Below are positions 31,240 to 41,259 of a stretch of 64,000 bases of DNA, piece after piece. The DNA is taken from the IMG/VR virus record IMGVR_UViG_3300003316_000307, one strand, 5' to 3'. The position numbers and the translations under genes are program-made. The notes under the pieces were generated by a model. That model saw only the letters and a list, made by a program, of their open reading frames with translations. It was not told the origin of the DNA and ran no database searches. The first letter of the stretch is position 1; each line of letters opens with the position of its first letter. The DNA is from a virus (Duplodnaviria; Caudoviricetes).

Positions 31240-33837
31240 ATGGCTTTTTTAATTAAAGATAATTTAAAATCGATTAATATCAAGTTAACTTCATATGGTA
31301 GAAAACAATTAGCTGAAGGTAAACTTAATTTTAATAAATTTGGAATCGGTGATTCTGAAATTGATTATTCTTTTTTTAAAGAAATTGATTTTGACCCACA
31401 AAAATCAAACATTTTAAGGCCAAAAGATAAAAATCCAAAACTAATTTCTTTTGTAAGAAAGGATAGTGGAAGTACGCAATTAACATTATTACCAACAGCA
31501 ATAACGTATTCTACAAATATTGTAACTAAAACTGCAACAGAAAGAGGATTTTTTAATGGAAAAAGTATTAAAACAACTAATGTTTTTTTAAAACAACCAG
31601 ATGCACAAATATATATTTCAGGAGTAACTGGTGGAACTGTTATTAATGTAAAACAATCATTAACTTATCTTGGCAATACTACAGAACCTATTGTTGGAGA
31701 TTATTTACTAGTTAAATGGGCAAATCCTTTATTAACTGGTGGAACAGTAAACAATTTAATTGAAGATAATGTTCCTATATTGTGGTATAAAATTGAACAA
31801 GTAAATGGTAGTTTATACAATAATAATCTAATATTAAGATTAGATAGAAATACACCAGATTTTAATGGACAAGGAAATAATATAGGATCAGGATGTTATA
31901 TTTATCCTAATTCTAATTTTATAACAACAAGTGGTGATTCAGTTGAAACTTATTATGGAAGTCCTTTTGTAAGTGATTTTGTTAATTCAGATGTTTTTAA
32001 TTTTGTCAACAATGCAATAATACCAATTAAAGATGTTCCAGTTTGGAATATGAGTTTAATATATACAGAAGAAATTGCTGGTGTATTAACTAATAATAAA
32101 AATATTTCAGATTATTGGACAAAATATTATGGTGGTTTTGTAAACTATATTGAAAAATATGGTTCAAATAAAAAAATGATTGGTGTAATTCATTATACCA
32201 ATAATTCACCATCTAATAATTATGGTGAAGGATTTTATTCGAATAGTTCTGTAATAACATTACCTACAATAATGTGGCACCAAAATACTGGTTCAACCAT
32301 AGGATTAACATTGAGTGCATCAACTAGTGAATTTACTATGAGTGGTTTGAGTACAACCTATCATGATTTAGTTGATCAATATGGGAATGTTGTTGGGAAG
32401 GTTTTTAATGATTTAAAGATATTTGTTATAGAAGATGAAGAGCTTCTATTTTCAATGAGTTATAAATCAAATAGAAATTGGACTTTGCCTTCTCCAATAT
32501 TTAGATTTAATCTTGCAACATGTGATGTTTCACTTTGTAGTCTTATAATCTTAACACCTATTGTTACAAACGAAACTATTTTTGGTGCTAATGATGGAAC
32601 TATTACAATAAATGCAAATGGAAATATTGGAACACTCTATTATTCTATAGATAATGGAAATACATTTAGTACTTCTAATTATTTTAGTGGTTTATCTGGA
32701 GGTACATATAATATTGTAGTGTTTGATAGTGGTGTGAATAATTGTAGTGGATCAACACAAGCTACGGTAATGTCAGGTATTACAACAACTACCACTACAA
32801 CAAGTACGACTACTACGACCACAACAACTACCACTACGACTACTACCACCACTACGACAACAATACCTCCTATTGTTTTTTGGTCAGCAGGTAGTTCTTC
32901 TGGTAGTTTAAGATTAAGTCAAACATTAAATGGAGGAAGTAGTTGGATAAGTAGAAACAATCCAACAATAACAACTACAAGTACAAATGGTATTGAATTT
33001 GTTGGTGATACAGGACTTGTTGCTAATGGTAATAAATTATTTAAAACTATAGATGGTGGTAATACATGGATAGATATTAGTTCAAATGTACCAACTAATG
33101 CAAATTTATGTGTTTATATGGTTGATGAAAATATATATTATTTAGGTTCATATATTACAAATAATTATATTTTTAAAACAATTAATGGTGGTAATAGTTG
33201 GTCACAAATAAATAAAAATTCATCAATAACAATTAATAGATATCATTTTGTTACATCTCAAATAGGTTTTGCATTAAATGCTGTACCAATTATAGGTAAT
33301 GGTGCTGTACTTATAAGAACATTAAATGGAGGAAATACTTGGACAAATATTACTTCAGGAAATATGAATACTTCATATAGTTATTTTGGAATATCTGTAA
33401 ATATAAATGGTGTTGGTTATATTGTTGGTGCTGATAGAATATTTAAAACAACAAATAATGGTGATAGTTGGAATGCCTCAGTAATCCATCCAATGACAGT
33501 GGGAATGTATTTATATGCTGTTAAAAATTTTGATAATAATGATATTGTTATTACTGTAGGTACAAGTAGTGATGGTCAGTCAATATTAATAGCTAGATCA
33601 ACAAATGGTGGTTTAAATTGGATAGTTAATTCATTTCCTGCTAATGGTGGTAATATATCAGGAGGATTTAATGCAACACCATTAGTATTTAGCAATGATG
33701 GACAAAATGGTATACTTGGTTTAACTAATGGTGATGTCCTATATACTGCAGATAATGGTTTTACATGGACCAGATCAACAACATCATTAGGTACTAATGT
33801 AACATATAATACCTTTAAAAAAATACCATTAATTTAA
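31240..33837 (+). CDS. Tail collar/fibre-like protein A with SprB-like repeat, poly-Thr linker and BNR/YCF48-like beta-propeller
   Basis: N-terminal LTSYGRKQLAEG...FGIGDSEIDY; YSIDNG...FSGLSGGTY; T-tract; repeated KT.NGG.TW Asp-boxes. Confidence 0.7.
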   Translation: MAFLIKDNLKSINIKLTSYGRKQLAEGKLNFNKFGIGDSEIDYSFFKEIDFDPQKSNILRPKDKNPKLISFVRKDSGSTQLTLLPTAITYSTNIVTKTATERGFFNGKSIKTTNVFLKQPDAQIYISGVTGGTVINVKQSLTYLGNTTEPIVGDYLLVKWANPLLTGGTVNNLIEDNVPILWYKIEQVNGSLYNNNLILRLDRNTPDFNGQGNNIGSGCYIYPNSNFITTSGDSVETYYGSPFVSDFVNSDVFNFVNNAIIPIKDVPVWNMSLIYTEEIAGVLTNNKNISDYWTKYYGGFVNYIEKYGSNKKMIGVIHYTNNSPSNNYGEGFYSNSSVITLPTIMWHQNTGSTIGLTLSASTSEFTMSGLSTTYHDLVDQYGNVVGKVFNDLKIFVIEDEELLFSMSYKSNRNWTLPSPIFRFNLATCDVSLCSLIILTPIVTNETIFGANDGTITINANGNIGTLYYSIDNGNTFSTSNYFSGLSGGTYNIVVFDSGVNNCSGSTQATVMSGITTTTTTTSTTTTTTTTTTTTTTTTTTTIPPIVFWSAGSSSGSLRLSQTLNGGSSWISRNNPTITTTSTNGIEFVGDTGLVANGNKLFKTIDGGNTWIDISSNVPTNANLCVYMVDENIYYLGSYITNNYIFKTINGGNSWSQINKNSSITINRYHFVTSQIGFALNAVPIIGNGAVLIRTLNGGNTWTNITSGNMNTSYSYFGISVNINGVGYIVGADRIFKTTNNGDSWNASVIHPMTVGMYLYAVKNFDNNDIVITVGTSSDGQSILIARSTNGGLNWIVNSFPANGGNISGGFNATPLVFSNDGQNGILGLTNGDVLYTADNGFTWTRSTTSLGTNVTYNTFKKIPLI
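31835..31917 (+). repeat. 83-nt exact direct repeat (second copy 34453-34535) between paralogous collar genes
   Basis: TAAGATTAGATAGAAATACACC...TATCCTAATTCTAAT identical in both; several other near-identical blocks. Confidence 0.85.
32782..32862 (+). repeat. Poly-Thr tract (T7-S-T19)
   Basis: ACN codons, all four used. Confidence 0.9.
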
Positions 33838-33839
33838 TT

Positions 33840-35408
33840 ATGTCATTTATATTAAAAAATAATCCAATAGTAATTAACACTAAGCTAACATCCAAAGGAC
33901 GTGAAATGTTAGCACAAGGAAAATTACATTTTAAAAATTGGGTTATTGGAGATTCTGAAATTGATTATAATTTTTTTCAAAAAAATGAAATTAATATATT
34001 CAATGCAATCATTTTAAAAGCAAAACATAAAAATCCTAATCTAATTTCAACAATTAGAAGAGATCAAAATAGCGATAGTGGTAATACTTTACCAACAGTA
34101 GTATCATATTCAACAGTAATTAATAACACAGCAGACCCAAGAGGTTTTTTTGATTTTTCAACAGGAACATCAGAATTTAAAATAAAAAATGCATCAGTTT
34201 ATATAAAACAACCAGATGCACAAATATATATTTCAGGAGTAACTGGTGGAACCATTATTAAAATTAATAAATCATCTATGTATTCTGGTAATACTACTGA
34301 ACCTATTGTTGGGGATTATTTATTAGTTAAATGGGCAAATCCTTTATTAACTGGTGGAACCGTTTTTTTTGATATCGGAAATGCAGTACCCATGTTATGG
34401 TACAAAATACAAGAAAAAATTTCAGGATCATTAAGTACCAACAATCTTGTAGTAAGATTAGATAGAAATACACCAGATTTTAATGGACAAGGAAATAATA
34501 TAGGATCAGGATGTTATATTTATCCTAATTCTAATAATAGATTAATCAGTGGTGATTCAATTCAAAATTTTTATGGTAATCCTATAGTTTATAATTTTAA
34601 TGGTATTGATGATATTAATACATTTTTTGAAAATGATAATATTCCAACAGTAGATGTTCCAATTTGGAATATGAGTTTAATATATACAGAAGAAATTGCT
34701 GGTATTGATTTGAATTTACATAGAAATAAATCACAATATTATAGTAAATCATATTCTGGATTTATTAATTATATTGAAAGAATTTCACCATTTAAAAAAA
34801 ATATTGGTATTATTCATTATACCAATAATTCACCATCTAATAATTATGGTGAAGGATTTTATAATAATACATCATTACTTGAAATACCGACATTATTATG
34901 GCATAATAATACAAAAGCCACAATTGGACTAATTTTAAGTGCATCTACTGATATTAAAATCTTAAATGATCTTAGTACAACCTATCATGATTTAGTTGAT
35001 AAGTATGGAAATGTGGTTGGAAAGGTTTTTAATGATTTAAAAATATTTGTTATAGAAGATGAGGAACTTCTATTTTCGATGAGCTATAAATCGAATAGAA
35101 ATTGGACTTTGCCACCAATAACATTATCTTTTAATGAAACAATATGTGATGATCCAATTTGTTCTTTGATAATAAATTCGGTTTCAGTAACAGGTGAAAC
35201 AACAAGTGGATCAAATGATGGAGTAATTAAAATTAATGCATCTTTAAATAGTGGAAAAATGATGTACTCAATTAATGGTGGATTAAATTATAAAATATCA
35301 AATATATTTACTGGTTTAAGTGCTGGAGTATACAATATATCTGTAATTGATACTGGTTCTTCAAATTGTGTAAGTACGACTTCAGTTGAATTAATAACAT
35401 TATCATAA
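33840..35408 (+). CDS. Tail collar/fibre-like protein B, paralog of 31240..33837 lacking the propeller
   Basis: Colinear similarity over about 500 aa with identical DNA blocks. Confidence 0.7.
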   Translation: MSFILKNNPIVINTKLTSKGREMLAQGKLHFKNWVIGDSEIDYNFFQKNEINIFNAIILKAKHKNPNLISTIRRDQNSDSGNTLPTVVSYSTVINNTADPRGFFDFSTGTSEFKIKNASVYIKQPDAQIYISGVTGGTIIKINKSSMYSGNTTEPIVGDYLLVKWANPLLTGGTVFFDIGNAVPMLWYKIQEKISGSLSTNNLVVRLDRNTPDFNGQGNNIGSGCYIYPNSNNRLISGDSIQNFYGNPIVYNFNGIDDINTFFENDNIPTVDVPIWNMSLIYTEEIAGIDLNLHRNKSQYYSKSYSGFINYIERISPFKKNIGIIHYTNNSPSNNYGEGFYNNTSLLEIPTLLWHNNTKATIGLILSASTDIKILNDLSTTYHDLVDKYGNVVGKVFNDLKIFVIEDEELLFSMSYKSNRNWTLPPITLSFNETICDDPICSLIINSVSVTGETTSGSNDGVIKINASLNSGKMMYSINGGLNYKISNIFTGLSAGVYNISVIDTGSSNCVSTTSVELITLS

Positions 35409-35410
35409 AT

Positions 35411-36751
35411 ATGTTTGAAAATAACGGAGAATATAGAAAAGCAATATTAATTAGAACTGTTTATGTAACAGGTAGTACAGATTATTTTGGTAATCCAATA
35501 AATAATATTATTGAAACAGTATATGATATGAAAGAATCATTTACTGGAAATACAAATGTATATAATCAAATTACTGAAATAGAATTTTCACAACTTTCTG
35601 ATGAAGAATATACATTAAGAAGAAATGATTTCTTATCAACAATTCCAAATTTATCTAATGCTGATATATTATCATTAATAAATTCATCAACAGGCATTGA
35701 CACAACATTATGTCCAATACCAACTACTACGACAACAACTACCACAAGCACATCAACAACCACGACTACAACTACTACGACAACAACTACAGTTTCTCCT
35801 AAAAAATTTTATATTGGTTGGACTGCTGGACATGTATCTAAATCTTTTAATGGTGGAACTACATGGGTTGCTAAAAATATAAGTGGAATGACTGGTTCTG
35901 CATATCGAATTTCTATAAGAGAAGATTTTGGAATGGTAATTAATGATGGTTTTGCATCATTTAAAAGAACTACAGATGGAGGTGATAATTGGATTACTGT
36001 TGCTCATACTGGATCAATACCAAATTTAATTAATGTTCATGTTGTTAATTCTAATCTAGTGATGGCAGCACCTACATTTGGTTCTACCTTATATAGATCA
36101 ACAGATGGGGGGAATAGTTGGTCAACAGTTTCAACAGGTATTAATCTTGCAGTTCAAAGATTTTATTTTTCAACTTCAACTATTGGTTATGGTTTATATT
36201 GTGTACCTATAGTTGGAGGAAATGTTTTAATAAAAACTACAAATGGAGGAATTTCTTGGACGAATATAACTGGAACACTTTCACCAGTGTCCAATCCTAG
36301 TTGGGGATTTAATGATATTGCCATAAATGAAAATGGTATTGGATATATTTTGAAAAATGCTTCAAGTGGAAATGATAGTGTATTAAAAACTATTGATGGA
36401 GGCAATACTTGGGTTGATTTAAATAATATTCCAGTTGGATTAAGATTAATTGGAGTAGCATTACTTGATAATGGTAATGTTATAATAAATTCAATTACTG
36501 ATAGTACGAATATACCAACAATGCTTAGATCAACAGATGGAGGTAATTCTTGGTTAGTACAAACATTTTCTACTAGTTATTTTAATGGATTAGTTAGATT
36601 TATTGATAACAATTATGGTGGTGTGTTAATGGCAGATAAAAGTTTTTTACATACTTCGGATGGTGGGCTTAATTGGGTCTATAGTAATACAAATATCACA
36701 TCATCAAGTAGTAGTAATCTTCTTGAAGTTGCTAAACCATTTTTAATTTAA
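35411..36751 (+). CDS. Poly-Thr linker + BNR/YCF48-like beta-propeller protein (candidate receptor-binding)
   Basis: T-tract at 35723-35791, repeated (S/T)xDGGxxW boxes. Confidence 0.7.
   Translation: MFENNGEYRKAILIRTVYVTGSTDYFGNPINNIIETVYDMKESFTGNTNVYNQITEIEFSQLSDEEYTLRRNDFLSTIPNLSNADILSLINSSTGIDTTLCPIPTTTTTTTTSTSTTTTTTTTTTTTVSPKKFYIGWTAGHVSKSFNGGTTWVAKNISGMTGSAYRISIREDFGMVINDGFASFKRTTDGGDNWITVAHTGSIPNLINVHVVNSNLVMAAPTFGSTLYRSTDGGNSWSTVSTGINLAVQRFYFSTSTIGYGLYCVPIVGGNVLIKTTNGGISWTNITGTLSPVSNPSWGFNDIAINENGIGYILKNASSGNDSVLKTIDGGNTWVDLNNIPVGLRLIGVALLDNGNVIINSITDSTNIPTMLRSTDGGNSWLVQTFSTSYFNGLVRFIDNNYGGVLMADKSFLHTSDGGLNWVYSNTNITSSSSSNLLEVAKPFLI
35723..35791 (+). repeat. Poly-Thr tract (T8-STS-T12)
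   Basis: ACN codons, all four used. Confidence 0.9.
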
Positions 36752-36756
36752 AAAAA

Positions 36757-37704
36757 ATGAAAAAATTTATTAATATAGATTATTTTATAAGTGTACAACC
36801 AGATTTAGATTATTATGTTTGGCAACTTCAAGTTCAAATGAATAATTTTAAAAAATTTAATATAGAAAATAAATCTATTATTTTATTTGGTTATAATCCA
36901 ATTAATGGTATTAACAAAAATGCACTAAAATTTAAAGAACAAACAGATGCTAAAATTTTTTTCTATGAAGATAATAGAACTGAAATAGAAAATACTTATA
37001 GTCCAAGTGTAAGACCACATATACTTAAAAAGTTTTTTAATGAAAATGATTTATTAAAAAATAAAAATTATTTGTATCATGATTCAGATATTCTTTTTAC
37101 AAAATTACCTAAAATTGAATTAAAAAATAATAATAAAAAAATATTTCTAAGCGATACAATATCATACATTGGATCAGAATATATTAAGTCTAAAAGTTTG
37201 GATTTATTTAATGAGATGTGTTCAATAGTTAATATTGATCCATTAAAAGTTAGCAATAATGAAAATAAATCTGGAGGTGCCCAATATTTAATTTCAAAAA
37301 ATACTCCATTAGATTTTCATTTCTGGAATAAAGTTGAAATGGATTCAGTAACACTTTTTAATTACATGCAAAATACTAAAACAAAGTTTTCAAAAAATCA
37401 TCCGATACAGTCATGGACATCAGATATGTGGGCTTTGTTATGGAATTTATGGTTAAGAAATTATGATACCGAAATACATAATGAACTGAATTTTTCTTGG
37501 GCAACATCACATATATCAGATTGGAATAAAAATACAATTTATCATAACGCTGGAGTTACTGGAGATAGAAATGACCTATTTTTCAAAGGAAATTATATAA
37601 AAAAATCACCATTTAATGAAAATTTTAATAACATTTCTAAAGAATTTTGTTCATACAAATATGTTGAAGAAATTATTGAAACTGGTTTAAATTTAAAAAA
37701 ATAA
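36757..37704 (+). CDS. GT-A fold glycosyltransferase resembling plant peptidyl O-glycosyltransferases (HPAT/SGT1 type)
   Basis: DxD motif YHDSDILF; YYVWQ, SVRPH, GGAQY, WTSDMWA. Confidence 0.6.
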   Translation: MKKFINIDYFISVQPDLDYYVWQLQVQMNNFKKFNIENKSIILFGYNPINGINKNALKFKEQTDAKIFFYEDNRTEIENTYSPSVRPHILKKFFNENDLLKNKNYLYHDSDILFTKLPKIELKNNNKKIFLSDTISYIGSEYIKSKSLDLFNEMCSIVNIDPLKVSNNENKSGGAQYLISKNTPLDFHFWNKVEMDSVTLFNYMQNTKTKFSKNHPIQSWTSDMWALLWNLWLRNYDTEIHNELNFSWATSHISDWNKNTIYHNAGVTGDRNDLFFKGNYIKKSPFNENFNNISKEFCSYKYVEEIIETGLNLKK

Positions 37705-37726
37705 AGTAAGTATTTAATTATAATTT

Positions 37727-38509
37727 ATGAAAAAACCATATACTGTTTTTGCAACATACATGTTCTCTTCATCACCAACTTTAGGTAATGATGTACCATA
37801 TCAGGATGAAGTTTCATTTGGATATAAAACACCAATTCATTGTAATTATATTCAAAAATTGGTTACTGATGATATTACAAATAAAACGATAAGTTTAGTT
37901 TTTCCTGATGAATCATTGTTTCCTTTTATGGTTTCATATAATGATATTACTACAACAGGTTCTACAAATGGTGAAGGTTGGTCTGCAACTAATTTATTTG
38001 CTTTAATACAATTAATTCCACAAACAGGTGATACTGTTGTTGCAAATTCTGCAGATTGGAAAATAATAGATATAACAAATCAAATTAATGATTATTCATC
38101 ATTTACAGGAAAAGCAATACCACCATCTAATTTAGCTTCAAGTTTATTTAATATTCCATTAAATACAATATTATCGGCTTCAACTTATAATTTATCTTAT
38201 TTAAATTATCCATCAGCATTACCAATAGATGATAATAAATTAGCATTTGGAGAAGAAGTATTTTTTTATGGAAATGTAAAAACTGATATTGAAGCGATAG
38301 CCTATACAACAGATATTTCAATTAATTTACCTGTTAACGAATATAATTTTACTGATAATCCTACGTGGGATGGAATTAGTTCAGTTTATATTTCAGAAAT
38401 TGGAATATATGATGAATTTAATAATCTCGTTGCGATAGGTAAGTTAAATTATCCAGTAGAAAAAAATGCATTAAAAGCTAGGTCATTTTCTTTAAATATT
38501 GATTTTTAA
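37727..38509 (+). CDS. Structural protein carrying the C-terminal tail-collar (DUF3751-like) motif
   Basis: VYISEIGIYDEFNNLVAIGKLNYPVEK. Confidence 0.65.
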   Translation: MKKPYTVFATYMFSSSPTLGNDVPYQDEVSFGYKTPIHCNYIQKLVTDDITNKTISLVFPDESLFPFMVSYNDITTTGSTNGEGWSATNLFALIQLIPQTGDTVVANSADWKIIDITNQINDYSSFTGKAIPPSNLASSLFNIPLNTILSASTYNLSYLNYPSALPIDDNKLAFGEEVFFYGNVKTDIEAIAYTTDISINLPVNEYNFTDNPTWDGISSVYISEIGIYDEFNNLVAIGKLNYPVEKNALKARSFSLNIDF

Positions 38510-38593
38510 TAATTTTTATTTTTTTTCTACTAAAAAATCCATTTTTATTATCCACTAACGTATTTATAATAAATTATAAATAATTATAAAATT

Positions 38594-38797
38594 ATGAGTT
38601 TTCCTGTAAAAACAGATAATAGTAAATCAAAATCAATAATAATTGATGGTGATATACATAAACAATATAGAGATTATTGCAGAGGAAAGGGTATTAAAAT
38701 TGGAACTATGACAGAAGATTTAATAAAGCTATACCTCTCAAATCCAAAATCATTTCAAAAATTAATTGATGAAAATAAAGAAAAAACAACAGTTTAA
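38594..38797 (+). CDS. Ribbon-helix-helix DNA-binding protein
   Basis: KSIIIDGDIHKQYRDYC..KGIKI....EDLI. Confidence 0.6.
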   Translation: MSFPVKTDNSKSKSIIIDGDIHKQYRDYCRGKGIKIGTMTEDLIKLYLSNPKSFQKLIDENKEKTTV

Positions 38798-39430
38798 ATG
38801 GGGTCAGATTCAACAGAATATAAAAAATTTTATTGGTCATTGGATTTGTCAACTACAAATGTTGGTATGGCTTTGTGGGATTCTAATGGTAATTTAGTCG
38901 AATTGAAACATCTTCAACTTAAAACGGATAGAAAAATTCCAGAAGAAAATCGCTATATATATAAAGCTAATATGTTTAAAGAATATTGTAAAGTTCATAA
39001 AGAACATGTTAAGAAAAAATATAATGCTGTAATTGAACAAGTAATTATTGAAAAGCCTCTTAGTAATACAAAAGTTAATATTAATACAACTGCATTATTA
39101 TTAGGATTTAATGGTATTGCTTGTTACATATTATATGAAATTTTTGATAATCCACCTTTATTAGTCACAGTTCATCAAGCTAGAAAAATATTTCTTCCAG
39201 AGTTTATATCAAAAAAAGGAACTTTAAGTTTTCCTAAAGGATGGGCTAGTAAAGAGAAAAAATTTTATATATGGCAAAAAGTTTCAGAAATGGAACCTGA
39301 TGTAAAATGGTTTTACGGTAAAACAATTAAAGGTAAACCAACAGTTAAAGATGAATCATTTGATATGAGCGATGGATATGTTGTTGGTTATGCTGGACTA
39401 ATAATACTTGGTATTATCAAAAAAAAGTAA
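38798..39430 (+). CDS. RuvC-like Holliday junction resolvase
   Basis: LDLSTTNVG, IIEKP, FDMSDGY acidic tetrad. Confidence 0.8.
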   Translation: MGSDSTEYKKFYWSLDLSTTNVGMALWDSNGNLVELKHLQLKTDRKIPEENRYIYKANMFKEYCKVHKEHVKKKYNAVIEQVIIEKPLSNTKVNINTTALLLGFNGIACYILYEIFDNPPLLVTVHQARKIFLPEFISKKGTLSFPKGWASKEKKFYIWQKVSEMEPDVKWFYGKTIKGKPTVKDESFDMSDGYVVGYAGLIILGIIKKK

Positions 39431-39732
39431 TGAAATTTGTTTATCTTTTAAAATCATATGAAAATGGATATTATAAGATAGGAACATCAAAAAATCCTTT
39501 GAAAAGAATTAAAGAATTACAAATTGGAAATCCTGAGAAAATTGAAATTATAAATTCATATTTAAGTGAAAATTATTCTAAAATAGAAATTGCATTACAC
39601 AACTACTATTCATATACAAGAAAAACAAATGAATGGTTTGATTTAACTTTGGAAGATGAATTAAATTTCATTGATTTGTGTAAAAATATCGATAAAAACC
39701 TTAAATTTTTAAATGAAAATGAAGATTTTTAA
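39430..39732 (+). CDS. GIY-YIG (T5orf172/MUG113-like) nuclease domain protein
   Basis: VYLL...YKIG.SKNP.KRIKELQ.GNP...E..LH...EWF. Confidence 0.85.
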   Translation: MKFVYLLKSYENGYYKIGTSKNPLKRIKELQIGNPEKIEIINSYLSENYSKIEIALHNYYSYTRKTNEWFDLTLEDELNFIDLCKNIDKNLKFLNENEDF

Positions 39733-39739
39733 TTAAAAA

Positions 39740-39772
39740 TTTGTTTAATTAAAATTTAATTTATTATATTTG
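39740..39772 (+). promoter_or_regulatory. Bacteroidota sigmaA-type promoter
   Basis: TTTG (39740) - 21 nt - TATATTTG (39765-39772). Confidence 0.75.
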
Positions 39773-39788
39773 TTGAAAATAATTCTTA

Positions 39789-41213
39789 ATGGAAGAAAAT
39801 AATAAGCAAATTGATTCAGTAAGTATTGGAATTGAAATTTTAAATTATGCTGTGAAACATAATTTATCATTACAAGAATCATGTATAGTATATGGTAAAC
39901 ATAAAAAATATGTTTCAGATATTAAAAAAAGAAAAGAGAGACATTTAAAAAATCCATTATACAATCAATTTCTTCAATTACATGAAGAATACATGAAAAG
40001 AAAATTTCAAAAATTAAAAGATGAGATTACATCAATTAATGATGATCTCTCTTCAGAGGTTGAACCAACTTCAAATGAAAATATTAGTTGGGATGAAAAT
40101 TCTGAAACTGCCCAAGTAACATTAAAATTGGCAAATGTTCAAATTAATAATTTGGAAGAAGCTTTAGCATATTCTAAAGTTGATTTAAGTATTTGGGAAG
40201 TTGAAAGACATATATTTAATACTTGGACAACTTCAGCAAAACTACCTGCTGGTGAAGGATTTCAAAAAATTACAAATATCCAAGTTAAAATTTGGTTTAG
40301 AAAAAAAATTGAACCAAAACTAAAAACTGATTGGAATAATTTTCTTGAAGAGATTAAAAATTTTGCTCCTAATTATATATCATATAAACAAAATTTAATC
40401 AATAAATATGAATCTTTAATTGATAAAAAATACAGTTTAGAGATTTCAGTTCCAGATTTGCACATTGGAAAACTAGGACACAGAGATGAAGTTGGAGAAA
40501 ATTTTGATACTAAAATAGCAATTCAACGCTATAATGAATCAATTGATAAACTTTTAGCAAATATTCTACACCTTAAAGGTAGTATTGAAGAGATTGTTTT
40601 ACCTATAGGTAATGATATGCTAAATACAGATAATAAAAATAATACTACAACAGCAGGAACACCTCAATCAGTTGATTCAAGATGGTATCAAATGTTTTGG
40701 AAAGCCAAAAATTTATTAATTAACACAATTGATAAATTATCAATGATTGCTCCAGTTAAAGTTATAGTGGTATCTGGCAATCATGATTCATTGAATATGT
40801 TCCACCTTGGAGATTCAATTCTTTCTTGGTATAGAAACTCAGATAGAGTTGAAGTAAATAATGATCCAACACAACGTAAATATTATACCTATGGAACTAA
40901 TTTAATTGGATTTACTCATGGTAATGAAGAAAAGCATCAAGAGCTTGGTTTAATTATGGCAACAGAAAAACCAGAACTTTGGAGTAAATCTAAATTTAGA
41001 GAAATTCATTTAGGACATTTTCATTCAAGAAAGGTAATAAAATATACGGAAGTTCAAGAGTTCCAAGGTTTTAAAATTAGAATATTACCCTCATTAAGTG
41101 GAACTGATGCTTGGCATAATTCTAAAGGTTACATGAGTATTAAAAGTGCCGTTGCATTTTTGTATGATAAAGATAATGGATTGGTAGCAGAATATTCTCA
41201 TAATATATTGTAA
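39789..41213 (+). CDS. Calcineurin-like metallophosphoesterase
   Basis: DLHIG, GNDML, SGNHD, THG, GHFH. Confidence 0.88.
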   Translation: MEENNKQIDSVSIGIEILNYAVKHNLSLQESCIVYGKHKKYVSDIKKRKERHLKNPLYNQFLQLHEEYMKRKFQKLKDEITSINDDLSSEVEPTSNENISWDENSETAQVTLKLANVQINNLEEALAYSKVDLSIWEVERHIFNTWTTSAKLPAGEGFQKITNIQVKIWFRKKIEPKLKTDWNNFLEEIKNFAPNYISYKQNLINKYESLIDKKYSLEISVPDLHIGKLGHRDEVGENFDTKIAIQRYNESIDKLLANILHLKGSIEEIVLPIGNDMLNTDNKNNTTTAGTPQSVDSRWYQMFWKAKNLLINTIDKLSMIAPVKVIVVSGNHDSLNMFHLGDSILSWYRNSDRVEVNNDPTQRKYYTYGTNLIGFTHGNEEKHQELGLIMATEKPELWSKSKFREIHLGHFHSRKVIKYTEVQEFQGFKIRILPSLSGTDAWHNSKGYMSIKSAVAFLYDKDNGLVAEYSHNIL

Positions 41214-41259
41214 AATTAAAATATTAAAAATAATAATTATATAAATTATAAATAAAAAA

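Noticed and set aside
32782-32862. Phase-variable microsatellite
   Set aside because: Third codon positions are mixed, so it is not a slippage-prone perfect repeat
31240-35408. Diversity-generating retroelement TR/VR pair
   Set aside because: Both copies are coding, differences are not adenine-restricted, and there is no reverse transcriptase in the window
39430-39732. Mobile intron or homing element around the GIY-YIG gene
   Set aside because: Free-standing 100-aa single domain; flanking genes are intact and there is no intron-like structure
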